This document shows positions 1 to 8,035 of a stretch of DNA of 24,000 nt, in pieces (within the stretch, counting starts at the first letter, position 1; every line of letters begins with the position of its first letter). Below the pieces are notes generated by a model. The model worked only from the letters and a program-made list of their open reading frames with translations. It was not told where the DNA came from and searched no databases. Both the position numbers and the translations under genes were made by a program. This DNA is from Sulfolobus tengchongensis. Its GTDB lineage: Archaea > Thermoproteota > Thermoprotei_A > Sulfolobales > Sulfolobaceae. The stretch is from the NCBI RefSeq assembly GCF_036967215.1, contig NZ_CP146016.1, positions 1,589,337 through 1,613,336 of the forward strand, in the 5' to 3' direction.

Positions 1-1
1 T

Positions 2-880
2 TTAGCTAAGGCTGCAGGACCTAGAACTATAGTAATAGGAGCAACAGGATGTATGTACGTAGCTAACACCACATACTATACAACGTCATGGATAGTTCCA
101 TGGGTACACACTCAATTAGGAGGTTCTGGTGCTGCAGTACTAGGAACTGCGGCTGCGTTAAGAGCGCTAATGAGAAAGGGAAAAATAAAGCAAGAACCCA
201 TAAATGTGATAGCGTTTTGTGGAGACTTAGGGTGCGCAGATATGGGGTTGTCTGGAGTCTCTAATGCTATGACTTATGACTACAATTTGCTAATAATATT
301 ATACGATAATGAATCCTCTGCGAACACTGATATTCAAGAAACTAGTATGACTCCATATGGAGCTCAGACTTCATTTAGTAGACCGGGGAAGGAAAGAAGA
401 ATAATGAAAAGGAGATGGAAGAAAAACGTAGTTTCAATGATAATAGCTGGTCATAGAAATGTTAAATACGCGGCTACAATGACACCAGCTTATCCATTGG
501 ATTCAATGAATAAGATAAGGAAAGCACTATCAATAGGAGGTCCAACGTTTATCCACTCTCTAGATCCATGCCCTAAGGGATGGGATTACGACCCTAAGTT
601 TTCACATGAATTGGGAGTGTTAGCTGTAGAAACTGGATTATGGCCATTATATGAATATATAAATGGGGAGATAGTGTATAATGAGCCTACAAAGAGTATT
701 GTTGAAGGTAGAATGAAGAGAAAACCAGTTAAGGAATATCTTGAGAAGCAGGGTAGGTTCTCTCATTTCACTGAAGAGGATATAGAGTACGTTCAGAAAA
801 TGGTTGATGAGATGTATGAAGAGTGGGAAATACCCGGTGTGATGCCAATAAAATCAATTAATGTGAAAATAAGTGATTGA
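2..880 (+). CDS. porB: 2-oxoacid (pyruvate):ferredoxin oxidoreductase beta subunit, TPP-binding; 5' end runs off the window
   Basis: The frame of ORF 53..880 stays open back to base 2 (LAKAAGPRTIVIGATGCMYVANT...). It has a GDLGCADMG thiamine-PP (GDG-type) motif and the YDNESSANT segment typical of Por/Vor beta subunits. A convergent Lrp regulator follows, as in the described por-lrpB locus. Confidence 0.85.
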   Translation, partial: LAKAAGPRTIVIGATGCMYVANTTYYTTSWIVPWVHTQLGGSGAAVLGTAAALRALMRKGKIKQEPINVIAFCGDLGCADMGLSGVSNAMTYDYNLLIILYDNESSANTDIQETSMTPYGAQTSFSRPGKERRIMKRRWKKNVVSMIIAGHRNVKYAATMTPAYPLDSMNKIRKALSIGGPTFIHSLDPCPKGWDYDPKFSHELGVLAVETGLWPLYEYINGEIVYNEPTKSIVEGRMKRKPVKEYLEKQGRFSHFTEEDIEYVQKMVDEMYEEWEIPGVMPIKSINVKISD

Positions 881-912
881 TTGATAGAATAATGAGGAAA
901 AAAGGTAAAACG

Positions 913-925
913 TTTTTCTTCTTTT
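913..925 (+). terminator. oligo-T tract (TTTTTCTTCTTTT) 33 nt after the porB stop
   Basis: T-rich run between two convergent genes. Archaeal RNAP terminates at oligo-T. Confidence 0.3.
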
Positions 926-1388
926 AGAGTAGCACGGAAGGATCTATTTTATATCTCTCAATTATTCTTGAGATTGAAACTGTCTTTATTCCCTTAATGT
1001 TGTACAATTTATTCGACACAAACTGATGAGCACTGGAATCATCTTTGAAGATCATGTGTACGTGCAATCTAGGACCATTATCTAAACCATATATTCTCAC
1101 CACTTCAGGGATTTCCCCTAACTCTTGGGCTACCTTTTTTATGGAGTAGGGTACAGTTTCTATTTCCATAACTAACGATACATTTAATCCTAAATTTACC
1201 CTATCTATTAATGCGACGTAGCCCCTTATTATTTGAGAATCCTCTAACCTTTTAATTCTATATCTTATAGTGCTTATGGGTATTCCCAACTCATCTGATA
1301 GTTCCTTTAAACTCTTTTTAGCATTATATCGTAAGATGTTAAGAATTTTTTCATCTATCTCATCAAGTCTTATCGTATTAACTCCCAT
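924..1388 (-). CDS. lrpB: Lrp/AsnC-family transcription regulator (Ss-LrpB-like)
   Basis: N-terminal HTH (LDEIDEKILNILRYNAKKSLKELSDELGIPISTIRYRIKRLE) followed by an RAM/AsnC_trans_reg domain. I prefer the ATG at 1388 (MGVNTIRL...) because a TATA-like TTATAT sits about 26 nt upstream. The longer ORF to 1463 would run through the operator boxes. Confidence 0.85.
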   Translation of the reverse strand: MGVNTIRLDEIDEKILNILRYNAKKSLKELSDELGIPISTIRYRIKRLEDSQIIRGYVALIDRVNLGLNVSLVMEIETVPYSIKKVAQELGEIPEVVRIYGLDNGPRLHVHMIFKDDSSAHQFVSNKLYNIKGIKTVSISRIIERYKIDPSVLL

Positions 1389-1411
1389 TAAATGTATATT
1401 ACGCATCTTAA

Positions 1412-1421
1412 GCATATAAGG
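1412..1421 (-). promoter_or_regulatory. TATA-like box (minus strand CTTATATGCT) for leaderless lrpB
   Basis: Its position is about -26 relative to the ATG at 1388. Confidence 0.4.
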
Positions 1422-1425
1422 ATTA

Positions 1426-1503
1426 TTGTAAAAAATGCAAATTATACATTCATAGAATTGCATGAAATGAGTTTTTACATACGATTAATTGTGAATATTC
1501 CAA
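1426..1503. promoter_or_regulatory. Three 15-bp Ss-LrpB-type operator boxes at 31-32 bp spacing
   Basis: 1426-1440 TTGTAAAAAATGCAA is a perfect fit to TTGYAWWWWWTRCAA. 1458-1472 TTGCATGAAATGAGT has a good left half-site only. 1489-1503 TTGTGAATATTCCAA fits 13/15. The regular spacing of about 3 helical turns upstream of lrpB matches the published Ss-LrpB autoregulatory architecture as I recall it. Confidence 0.55.
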
Positions 1504-1522
1504 GTCAAAGGAGCGTAGAGTA

Positions 1523-1536
1523 TTGCTATTTTGCAA
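1523..1536. promoter_or_regulatory. Fourth box-like palindrome TTGCTATTTTGCAA (one bp short of the 15-bp consensus)
   Basis: ATTGC/GCAAT arms with an AT-only spacer, 34 bp from the preceding box. Confidence 0.3.
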
Positions 1537-1632
1537 TAATTTATCTATATTATGTACTTAATAAAAAACATGGGTTAAAAACCAATAGTTTATATAAATA
1601 TTAGTTAACAAAATTTTTAAAGTATTAAACAT

Positions 1633-2562
1633 TTATGGTTGATATGTTACGGTGACATTTAGAGTTTGACCATTGGATAGGGTTAATTGTATAACGTAAA
1701 TATTGCCCGGAGTAAACATAAAGGAAGTCTTGAAGTTCATTTTAATATTGTTATAACCTATTGATAACTGATTAGGTGATATATCAGCAGTGCTATAACT
1801 TGTACCCATTATTATTGCATTTAGTATTTGTAATTGATATTGAGAATATATCATTACTTCAGCAATACCGTTACTATATAGCTTCCCAATTCCTATTTGA
1901 CCGATAGGTGAGGAAGGTGGCGGTATCTGTTGCTGTTGATATTGGCCTTTCATTACCTCATCTAATCCTGAACGTATCTTAAAAAATCCAATTATTTCTA
2001 CAATAGCTCCAACTATTGAAATAAATATACTAAGTATCGCACCTATTAAAACAAATAGCCCACCATCATCTAGATTGCGGTTGTTGTAGAACTTACCTAA
2101 ATCCCTAAAGCTTAGGGCAACAAACAAGTAGCCAATAAATGCAATAATCCCGCCAATTAATTCCAGTGCGACAATACCAATAATGCTGGTGAGTTCAACA
2201 CGGTGAATTCCAAACCTAATCGTTGGAAGAAGGAGTAATAGATATAAGATAGAGATAAAGAATATGATTAAACCTACAAGGACCAGACTAGTACCAGTTA
2301 TTCCTCTTCTTAAATCTCTTCCTAAGGACGTTAATAAACTAAATCCTTCTCTCATATTAAGAAGTGCTAATCCTACTAGAACTATTCCGATTACTAAAAC
2401 GATAATACTACCAGAAATAATTGGTAATCTTGCTCTCATAGAGAATAATATCGTTAAAAGTATAACCGCTGAGATGATCGAGAGTATAGCATTTATAATT
2501 AAATACGTTACGCCATTTCTCAGTTTAGCTAAACCAATTGTTTCGATATTCTGTTGGGACAT
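1633..2562 (-). CDS. Polytopic membrane protein with Q/P linker and beta-rich C-terminal domain (DUF973-like, function unknown)
   Basis: 309-aa ORF with about 6 hydrophobic helices, a QQQQIPPPSSP linker, and a C-terminal soluble segment. Confidence 0.7.
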   Translation of the reverse strand: MSQQNIETIGLAKLRNGVTYLIINAILSIISAVILLTILFSMRARLPIISGSIIVLVIGIVLVGLALLNMREGFSLLTSLGRDLRRGITGTSLVLVGLIIFFISILYLLLLLPTIRFGIHRVELTSIIGIVALELIGGIIAFIGYLFVALSFRDLGKFYNNRNLDDGGLFVLIGAILSIFISIVGAIVEIIGFFKIRSGLDEVMKGQYQQQQIPPPSSPIGQIGIGKLYSNGIAEVMIYSQYQLQILNAIIMGTSYSTADISPNQLSIGYNNIKMNFKTSFMFTPGNIYVIQLTLSNGQTLNVTVTYQP

Positions 2563-2722
2563 ATTATAAATAGTTTTGAGAAGAATATAAGAGCACTGAT
2601 TCGAAGAGCCTCATAAAGTTCCATATGTCGCTATTTTAGAAAAATTACTGTAAAATCTCTCTTTATGAAATTAATGTAAACATGTAAAAATTTCTATCAA
2701 AATATTTATTACTTAATGCTAT

Positions 2723-2769
2723 GAGTTCACGGTATAAATTAGTTATGTTATTAGAGGCAATAGTATGTA
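2723..2769 (+). repeat. Copy A of a 47-nt intergenic repeat (partner at 10496-10542)
   Basis: About 37/47 identical by eye, including an 18-nt perfect block TAGAGGCAATAGTATGTA (2752-2769 = 10525-10542). Confidence 0.7.
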
Positions 2770-2839
2770 GTGCTTCTACATTCAATCACAGTACTTAAAG
2801 ATTAATGTAAAGGATTTTTTGAATTATTAGTACAATATT

Positions 2840-2945
2840 TTGCTTAATGGGGTATTTGTAAAACTATCTGGTTTTGTACGTCCTTTTTTTACTATGAGGA
2901 GAACATAAAAAGTAGCTTAAGTTTTGAAAACCCCCACAAAGTACT
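2840..2945 (+). mobile_element. MITE copy 1 (~105 bp, imperfect terminal inverted repeats ~GTACTTTGTGGGG)
   Basis: Aligns along its length with 4153-4256, 6191-6294 and the reverse complement of 5654-5763. Shared core GGGGTATTTGTAAAACTATCTGG ... AAGTTTTGAAAACCCCCACAAAGTAC. Confidence 0.75.
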
Positions 2946-2988
2946 AGTTTAAGGTTTTATAGAGAGAATGTAGATTTTTGACTTTTTA

Positions 2989-3008
2989 CTACAATAATAA
3001 AATTGTAG
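2989..3008. promoter_or_regulatory. Palindrome CTACAAT-AATAAA-ATTGTAG about 80 nt upstream of pirin
   Basis: Perfect 7-bp arms. Possible transcription-factor site. Confidence 0.25.
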
Positions 3009-3056
3009 GGTGCAGTCAGATTCTCATTATCAAATAATCATAGTTAAGTTGTATTA

Positions 3057-3069
3057 GCTTTATATTTTT
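3057..3069 (+). promoter_or_regulatory. TATA box (GCTTTATATTTTT) for leaderless pirin gene
   Basis: Centred about 26 nt upstream of the ATG at 3089. Confidence 0.5.
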
Positions 3070-3088
3070 CAAAAGTAATATCTCATTT

Positions 3089-3967
3089 ATGATTCGTGGA
3101 ATAGATGGAGTATTAAAGGGAAGAGATACAATAGATGGAGCAGGAGTGAGGCTTTACAGAGTCTTTGGAGGCTTAGATACAGTGGACTTAACTGACCCTT
3201 TCCTCTTGTTAGACTTTTTTGGATCTAATAAGGTTGAAGAGTACATTAACGGATTTCCTTGGCATCCTCACAGAGGAATTGAAACTGTTACGCTACTATT
3301 TGAGGGAAAAGTTGAACATCAAGATAGTCTAGGCAATAAGGGTACGATATATCCTGGGCAAGTCCAGTGGATGACAGCGGGAAGTGGCATATTCCACCAA
3401 GAAATGCCTAAGCCTTTAGATGAAAGCGAAATACCTAAATATAATCAGGATCCATTGCTTGTTAGAGGTTTACAACTTTGGATTAATTTGCCTTCTTATA
3501 AGAAGATGACACAACCAGTGTATAGAGATGTAAAGAGAATACCTAAAGAGAAATTCGATTTTGGAGATGTTTCGGTACTTGCTGGAGAATTTGCTGGAAT
3601 AGAGGGACCGGTTAAAGTTAAAAGTGACGTTGATCCCTTTTACATACATGTCAATCTTAATGGAAATATGACTCTAAAGGTGAAGCAAGGATATACTGTG
3701 CTAGCTTACGTTGTTGATGGCAAGGCTAGATTTGCGCCTAACTCTCCAGAGATCGGAAAAGGTAATTTAGTGGTATTTACTAGAGACGGAGATGAGATTA
3801 AAATTAGTGGGAATGCGAGTTTCATAGTACTATCTGGAAGACCTTTAAATGAACCAGTAGCGTGGTATGGTCCAATAGTTATGAATACAGAAGATCAATT
3901 AATTGAAGCCTTTGAGGATTTAAGAAAAGGAACATTCATAAGGCATAAAGAGGTTCTATTTGAATAA
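3089..3967 (+). CDS. Pirin-family bicupin protein (quercetinase-like)
   Basis: Contains HPHRGIETVTLLFEGKVEHQDSLGN...GQVQWMTAGSGIFHQE, the pirin metal-binding His/Glu signature. Length is 292 aa with two cupin halves. Confidence 0.9.
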   Translation: MIRGIDGVLKGRDTIDGAGVRLYRVFGGLDTVDLTDPFLLLDFFGSNKVEEYINGFPWHPHRGIETVTLLFEGKVEHQDSLGNKGTIYPGQVQWMTAGSGIFHQEMPKPLDESEIPKYNQDPLLVRGLQLWINLPSYKKMTQPVYRDVKRIPKEKFDFGDVSVLAGEFAGIEGPVKVKSDVDPFYIHVNLNGNMTLKVKQGYTVLAYVVDGKARFAPNSPEIGKGNLVVFTRDGDEIKISGNASFIVLSGRPLNEPVAWYGPIVMNTEDQLIEAFEDLRKGTFIRHKEVLFE

Positions 3968-4152
3968 ATATATTTTTCTACACGGTAAATACTATTTTTA
4001 TTGAAACATAGCGTCATTCACATTAAGATTGGACTTTAAAAAGATATGCTCCTTGAATTCAGTGTCAAATGGCATTTCTGATAGAAGGTAATACTTGAAT
4101 ATATAAATTCTAGTTCATATCAATACAGACTCCATTATAATCAGTTAAAAAG

Positions 4153-4256
4153 AGTGCTTGTGGGGGGTATTTGTAAAGCTATCTGGTCTAAACTCTCTTT
4201 TTGCTATGTAGATAATGTAAAAGGTAACATAAGATTTGGAAAAACCTCACAAAGTA
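4153..4256 (+). mobile_element. MITE copy 2, flanked by 7-bp direct repeat AAAAAGA
   Basis: GTGCTTGTGGGGGGTATTTGTAAAGCTATCTGG ... CCTCACAAAGTAC. AAAAAGA occurs immediately on both sides (target-site duplication). Confidence 0.8.
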
Positions 4257-4292
4257 CAAAAAGAAAAGAGAAGAAAAAAGATGTTAGAAATT

Positions 4293-4589
4293 TTACCACC
4301 AACCCTTTCTGTGATGTAACCCCCTATGCCAGTCAATAATACCAGTTAAATAGCCCTTACCCAGATCAGTTATCTCTAAATACTCTACACCACCCTCAAT
4401 ACTTCTTTTAGCTAATCCAGTAGAGAGAAGAACGCTTATTGTAAAGTCGAAAGCTGATCCATATAGTGGCAAACTCTTCTTTAGTTCCTCTACGCTTTTC
4501 TTTCCTTTTGATAACTCTGTTAATGCTTGATAGGTCCACATTCTGAAGATTCCAAACAACTTCTTCACTAATATCAAATTCGATATCAA
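4293..4589 (-). CDS. Small winged-helix DNA-binding protein with His/Trp-rich tail
   Basis: 98-aa ORF, 5 nt downstream of the phosphoesterase gene on the same strand. It follows a wHTH-like pattern (W-Y-ALTELSKGKKSVEELKKSL...LLSTGLAKRS...YLEITDLGKGYL). Confidence 0.55.
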   Translation of the reverse strand: MISNLILVKKLFGIFRMWTYQALTELSKGKKSVEELKKSLPLYGSAFDFTISVLLSTGLAKRSIEGGVEYLEITDLGKGYLTGIIDWHRGLHHRKGWW

Positions 4590-4594
4590 AATAT

Positions 4595-5275
4595 TTAAAC
4601 TCGCCTATTTACCACTCTAATACCGTCTCTGTCAATAACAACATATCCTTTATCGTTGTAAAGGTTCTGTAAACTGGTCAAAGTACCCGCATTTGCGCAC
4701 CTTATACTTTTAAAATATCTTAAAGCATGTGAGTGCCCCAGAACTAGGGTATCCTTAAAGTTTCTTAGCATTACTCTGAAAAATACACAAAAGAGAAAAG
4801 GTGGAATATCTTCGTTTATTTTTCTCAACTTGTTAGCTATACTGTACTCCTTTTCCTCATTTACGAACTGATGTCCATGAAGAAGAGTATAATATTTCCC
4901 ATTATTTTTTACCCTAATAATATCGAAATCGCCCCTACATTTATCCTCATCGCCTTTAACGTAAATTATGTTTTTTCTTATTTTTAAATTTGAAAGAAAC
5001 TTTCTGTAATCTTCTTCGTTAGAAACTATTATATCTCCTAGAAGGATAATCAATGATGGTTTCTCATTCACTATAATCTCATTTATTTCATTAACGTCAC
5101 AAAAAGGGTAATGGATGTCAGATAAGATTAAGATTTTACCATTCCATTCTAGTTCAAGTCGCCTCCACCTTTTACGTAATTTTCTAGTTCCTATCAAAGT
5201 TTTTATCCCCTCTATCTTATTTATTCGCGTGGTAAAAAATGAAAATTCACTTTGAAGAAATATACGTTTCCACAA
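4595..5275 (-). CDS. Metallophosphoesterase (SbcD/Mre11-related archaeal small phosphoesterase type)
   Basis: Motifs in order: SDIHYP, LGDI, VKGDED, LLHGHQ, LGHSH. The true start may be an internal TTG near 5197, because the annotated N-terminus overlaps yjbQ. Confidence 0.8.
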   Translation of the reverse strand: MWKRIFLQSEFSFFTTRINKIEGIKTLIGTRKLRKRWRRLELEWNGKILILSDIHYPFCDVNEINEIIVNEKPSLIILLGDIIVSNEEDYRKFLSNLKIRKNIIYVKGDEDKCRGDFDIIRVKNNGKYYTLLHGHQFVNEEKEYSIANKLRKINEDIPPFLFCVFFRVMLRNFKDTLVLGHSHALRYFKSIRCANAGTLTSLQNLYNDKGYVVIDRDGIRVVNRRV

Positions 5276-5652
5276 CGAAACAGTTTGAGTTAATTGATAT
5301 AACTGATCAAGTTGAAGAGATAGTGAGGAAGAGTGGAGTTAATAATGGAATTTGTTTAGTTTTCGTAGCTCATTCTACTGCTGCAATTATTGCAAACGAG
5401 CATGAGAGGGGATTAATGGAGGATATCTTAACAAAAATAAAGGAGTTAGTAGAACCAAATAGAGGATGGAAGCATAATTTAATTGATGATAACGCTCACG
5501 CACATCTTGGCGGAACCTTATTAGGTGCAGATAGGGTTTTTCCAGTTAGAAACGGAAAATTAGTGAGAGGAACCTGGCAGAACATTTTCCTTGTAGAATT
5601 AGATGGTCCAAGAAGTGAAAGAAGAATCACTGTAGAAGTTCTAGGTGAATAG
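5239..5652 (+). CDS. yjbQ: YjbQ/UPF0047 family protein (secondary thiamine-phosphate synthase-like)
   Basis: Family signature segments: ICLVFVAHSTAAIIANEHE, WKHNLIDDNAHAHL, GTWQNIFLVELDGPR. Confidence 0.85.
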   Translation: MKIHFEEIYVSTTKQFELIDITDQVEEIVRKSGVNNGICLVFVAHSTAAIIANEHERGLMEDILTKIKELVEPNRGWKHNLIDDNAHAHLGGTLLGADRVFPVRNGKLVRGTWQNIFLVELDGPRSERRITVEVLGE

Positions 5653-5653
5653 A

Positions 5654-5763
5654 GTACTAACGCTTTGTCTGGGATTTCAGAACTTATGTTAATTTTTAAG
5701 ATCTCCCCAAGATAGCAGAAATGTAACGAACCAGACAGTTTTACAAATATCCCACTAACAGCG
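5654..5763 (-). mobile_element. MITE copy 3 (inverted orientation)
   Basis: The reverse complement reads CGCTGTTAGTGGGATATTTGTAAAACTGTCTGG ... AAGTTCTGAAATCCCAGACAAAGCG, colinear with the other copies. It starts 2 nt after the yjbQ stop. Confidence 0.7.
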
Positions 5764-6190
5764 TCTTTGATTAAAGGGTTTAAATACTAAGAGAAATTTT
5801 CTTTTATGATTTATCTAAACTAAGCTATACTATCTCGATTTCGAATCTAGCTAATAATGTAAAAATTTTATATTATCTTTTGCGAATATTCACATATGAG
5901 TGATATTGTTGATAAGTTAAAGAATGATGCGGATTTCATTAAAAAGGTAGCTGATGCAATAGCCTAAAATATTATTGTTGCAGAATAGATCAGAACTTTT
6001 TGAGGAAAAATTATCATACCAATAATTTTCACTATGAGACCAAAATATATCGAGAAGGAGTGTAAAGAAAAAGGAATTTTCCTAACCGATGGTTATAATG
6101 ACTATACTGAGTTAAAGGAGATAATGAAAATAAACAGTTAAATTAGGGGATAGACTGCGTTAATCTTCAACATAAATATTTGTAACCGTA

Positions 6191-6294
6191 CTATACTTTG
6201 TGGAGTATATTCGTAAACTATCTTAATTTTGTACGTTATTTTTACTACGAAGAGAATATGAAATAGTAAGGTAAGTTTTGAAAAATCCCATAAA
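6191..6294 (+). mobile_element. MITE copy 4, flanked by 9-nt direct repeat GTAACCGTA
   Basis: TACTTTGTGGAGTATATTCGTAAACTATC ... GTTTTGAAAAATCCCATAAA. GTAACCGTA is present at 6182-6190 and 6295-6303. Confidence 0.75.
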
Positions 6295-6405
6295 GTAACC
6301 GTATTATTCCTATTTACAAAAATGCGGGCAGAAAGCTTCGCCTTTTTAAGATGGAGATGAATACCCGCGTAATGTTTTTTAAACAGTTTCTTCAGAAATA
6401 AGCAT

Positions 6406-6846
6406 GTGCTGAGGGCTTCAGAGCGAGCTGTCCGCGAGGACAGTTCCATCGAGGAGGAGATCGTGACAATCAAAATGAAGATCTCCTCCTCGGCTCTGGA
6501 GCCCATAGCTATGAATTATATGCAAGCTAAGAGGTTCGTTCTACAATGGTTATATGAACACAAAACCACTTCTCTAAAAGAAGTACATAATGCATTGTAT
6601 GAAGTCCTCAGGGAGAAATTTGGTTTGAAATCAAAACTTGCTCAAGATTGCTATCGTGATGCTATTGCCGTGTATAAGAGTTGGCTAAAGAATCCCAAAA
6701 AAGGGAGATTTCCGATCTTAAGAAACGTTTCCTTATGGTTAACGCCAAAAGCTAGTTATACTGTTGATTTCAACACGATGACAGCTAAGATACTTGGAGA
6801 GGAAGTGAAAATAGTGGGATATCCTCACAATCTTTCACAGTACAAG
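6406..6846 (+). pseudogene. tnpB: tnpB N-terminal fragment (interrupted by IS110-family insertion)
   Basis: ORF 6406..6876 reads TnpB-like WED/REC sequence up to ...[10 protein letters not shown], then unrelated residues and a stop. It continues in-frame at 8348 once 1501 nt are removed. Confidence 0.75.
6413..6504 (+). other. GC-rich three-way-junction fold at the 5' end of tnpB
   Basis: The outer stem 6413-6424/6493-6504 is 12 bp with one T:G position. Hairpin 6428-6443 is CTGTCC-GCGA-GGACAG with a GNRA-type loop. Hairpin 6450-6492 has a perfect 13-bp stem CGAGGAGGAGATC/GATCTCCTCCTCG. Confidence 0.6.
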
Positions 6847-6883
6847 GCGTTACATGCTTCGCCTCTAACAATTTAACTATTTT

Positions 6884-8035
6884 TCATAACTTGTCTAAGG
6901 CTGAAGACAAGGTTGAATCCCCATCAACACTTGGCTCCCTCCCTTTCCTAACCCTGACCACCTTCTTAGAATCACCTTTATAAACACCATCACGTAAAAC
7001 GTGAAACACAATCCTAGCAAGCTTATTAGCAACAGCAACAAGAGCCTTCTTACCACTCCCACTCCTCTCCTTAATTCTAGTATAAAACTCATTAAACTTA
7101 CCATCAACCCTAACAGCAGCAAGAAAGAAAACACGCCTCAAATACTTATTACCCGGAATCAACCCATTGTGGCTCAAGAACTCACCACTCTGCTTAGTTC
7201 TTGGAGAAAGGCCTGCATAAGAGCAAAAAGCCTTAGAGTTTGAGAATCGAGAAATATCACCAACCTCTCCCAAAATAGTTGAGGCTGTGGTAAAACCTAT
7301 TCCGGGAATTTTGAGTAGTTCTGCAAGAGTAGCCTTGGGGATTAGAGTGGCAATCATGTCATCAATCTCCTTAACTTGCCCTTCAACCATATTCATCTCT
7401 TCTACTAGTTGTTTCAAAATTAATACTTCACCCTTGTTTAGTTTTCTCCCTAATAAGTTCTTTAGTTTCTCTTTCTCCTCATTGGTTAGTTCTTGTCCCT
7501 TTACTAGTTTGTCTAGTATTTGTCTTCCTTCTTTGTTGAATGGTTCTATCTTGTATCCTGCTGTTTGTAATGTTTTTCTTATCATGTTTTTTATTTGTGT
7601 TATTCTCTCCTCTAGTTGTTTTCTGTGTCTTTCTAGTTCTCTTAGTTCTCTTTCGTTTTCTTTTGGTATGTATGATGTTTTTATCGCTCCTATTGCGTAT
7701 GCTAGTGCTAGTCTTTTTGAGTCTAGTTCGTCTGTTTTCTTTCCAAGTATTTCTCTTAATTGTAATGGGTTTACTACTCCTATGTTGTATCCTTTTTGTG
7801 TTAGCTTGTCGTATAGGTAGTAGAAGTATACTCCAGTTGCTTCCATTATTCCTTCCTTGTAGTCTCCTAGGAAGTTTATGAGTTGTTGTATTCCTTCGTT
7901 GTCGTATTTGAATTCTCTTGTCTCACTTTCTCTCTCTATTAATTGTTCCCCTTGTTGTTCTAGTTTTACTTTTGTCACTACTATTTTTGATTCTCCAACG
8001 TCAATTCCAAAGGTTTTTAATTTTATTTGTTGCAC
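6884..8035 (-). CDS. IS110-family transposase/recombinase (DEDD RuvC-like N-domain + Tnp C-domain)
   Basis: GTG start. FGIDVGESK opens the N-domain, and the C-domain has LLKIPGIGFTTASTILGEVGDISRFSNSKAFCSYAGLSPRTKQSG. Length is 383 aa. Confidence 0.9.
   Translation of the reverse strand: MQQIKLKTFGIDVGESKIVVTKVKLEQQGEQLIERESETREFKYDNEGIQQLINFLGDYKEGIMEATGVYFYYLYDKLTQKGYNIGVVNPLQLREILGKKTDELDSKRLALAYAIGAIKTSYIPKENERELRELERHRKQLEERITQIKNMIRKTLQTAGYKIEPFNKEGRQILDKLVKGQELTNEEKEKLKNLLGRKLNKGEVLILKQLVEEMNMVEGQVKEIDDMIATLIPKATLAELLKIPGIGFTTASTILGEVGDISRFSNSKAFCSYAGLSPRTKQSGEFLSHNGLIPGNKYLRRVFFLAAVRVDGKFNEFYTRIKERSGSGKKALVAVANKLARIVFHVLRDGVYKGDSKKVVRVRKGREPSVDGDSTLSSALDKL

Noticed and set aside
1389-1604. 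N-terminal extension of the Lrp ORF to 1463 and the plus-strand ORF 1392..1604
   Set aside because: Both run through the TATA-like box and operator boxes. The Lrp HTH domain begins right after the Met at 1388.
2264-2569. Antisense or alternative-frame ORFs inside well-supported genes, starting with 2264..2569
   Set aside because: This entry also covers 8296..8487, 8943..9143, 9026..9244, 9745..10032, 11194..11478, 15528..15773, 15951..16268, 16253..16450, 18552..18773 and 22881..23132. Each overlaps a longer ORF or an IS end with strong family motifs. None shows a recognisable motif.
4154-4339. 61-aa ORF on the plus strand
   Set aside because: It lies almost entirely inside MITE copy 2 and overlaps the 3' end of the wHTH gene. 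It is an artefact of the repeat.
6138-6506. 122-aa minus-strand ORF
   Set aside because: It spans MITE copy 4, the IS left end and the GC-rich hairpin region. There is no coding signal, and the palindromic DNA keeps both strands open.
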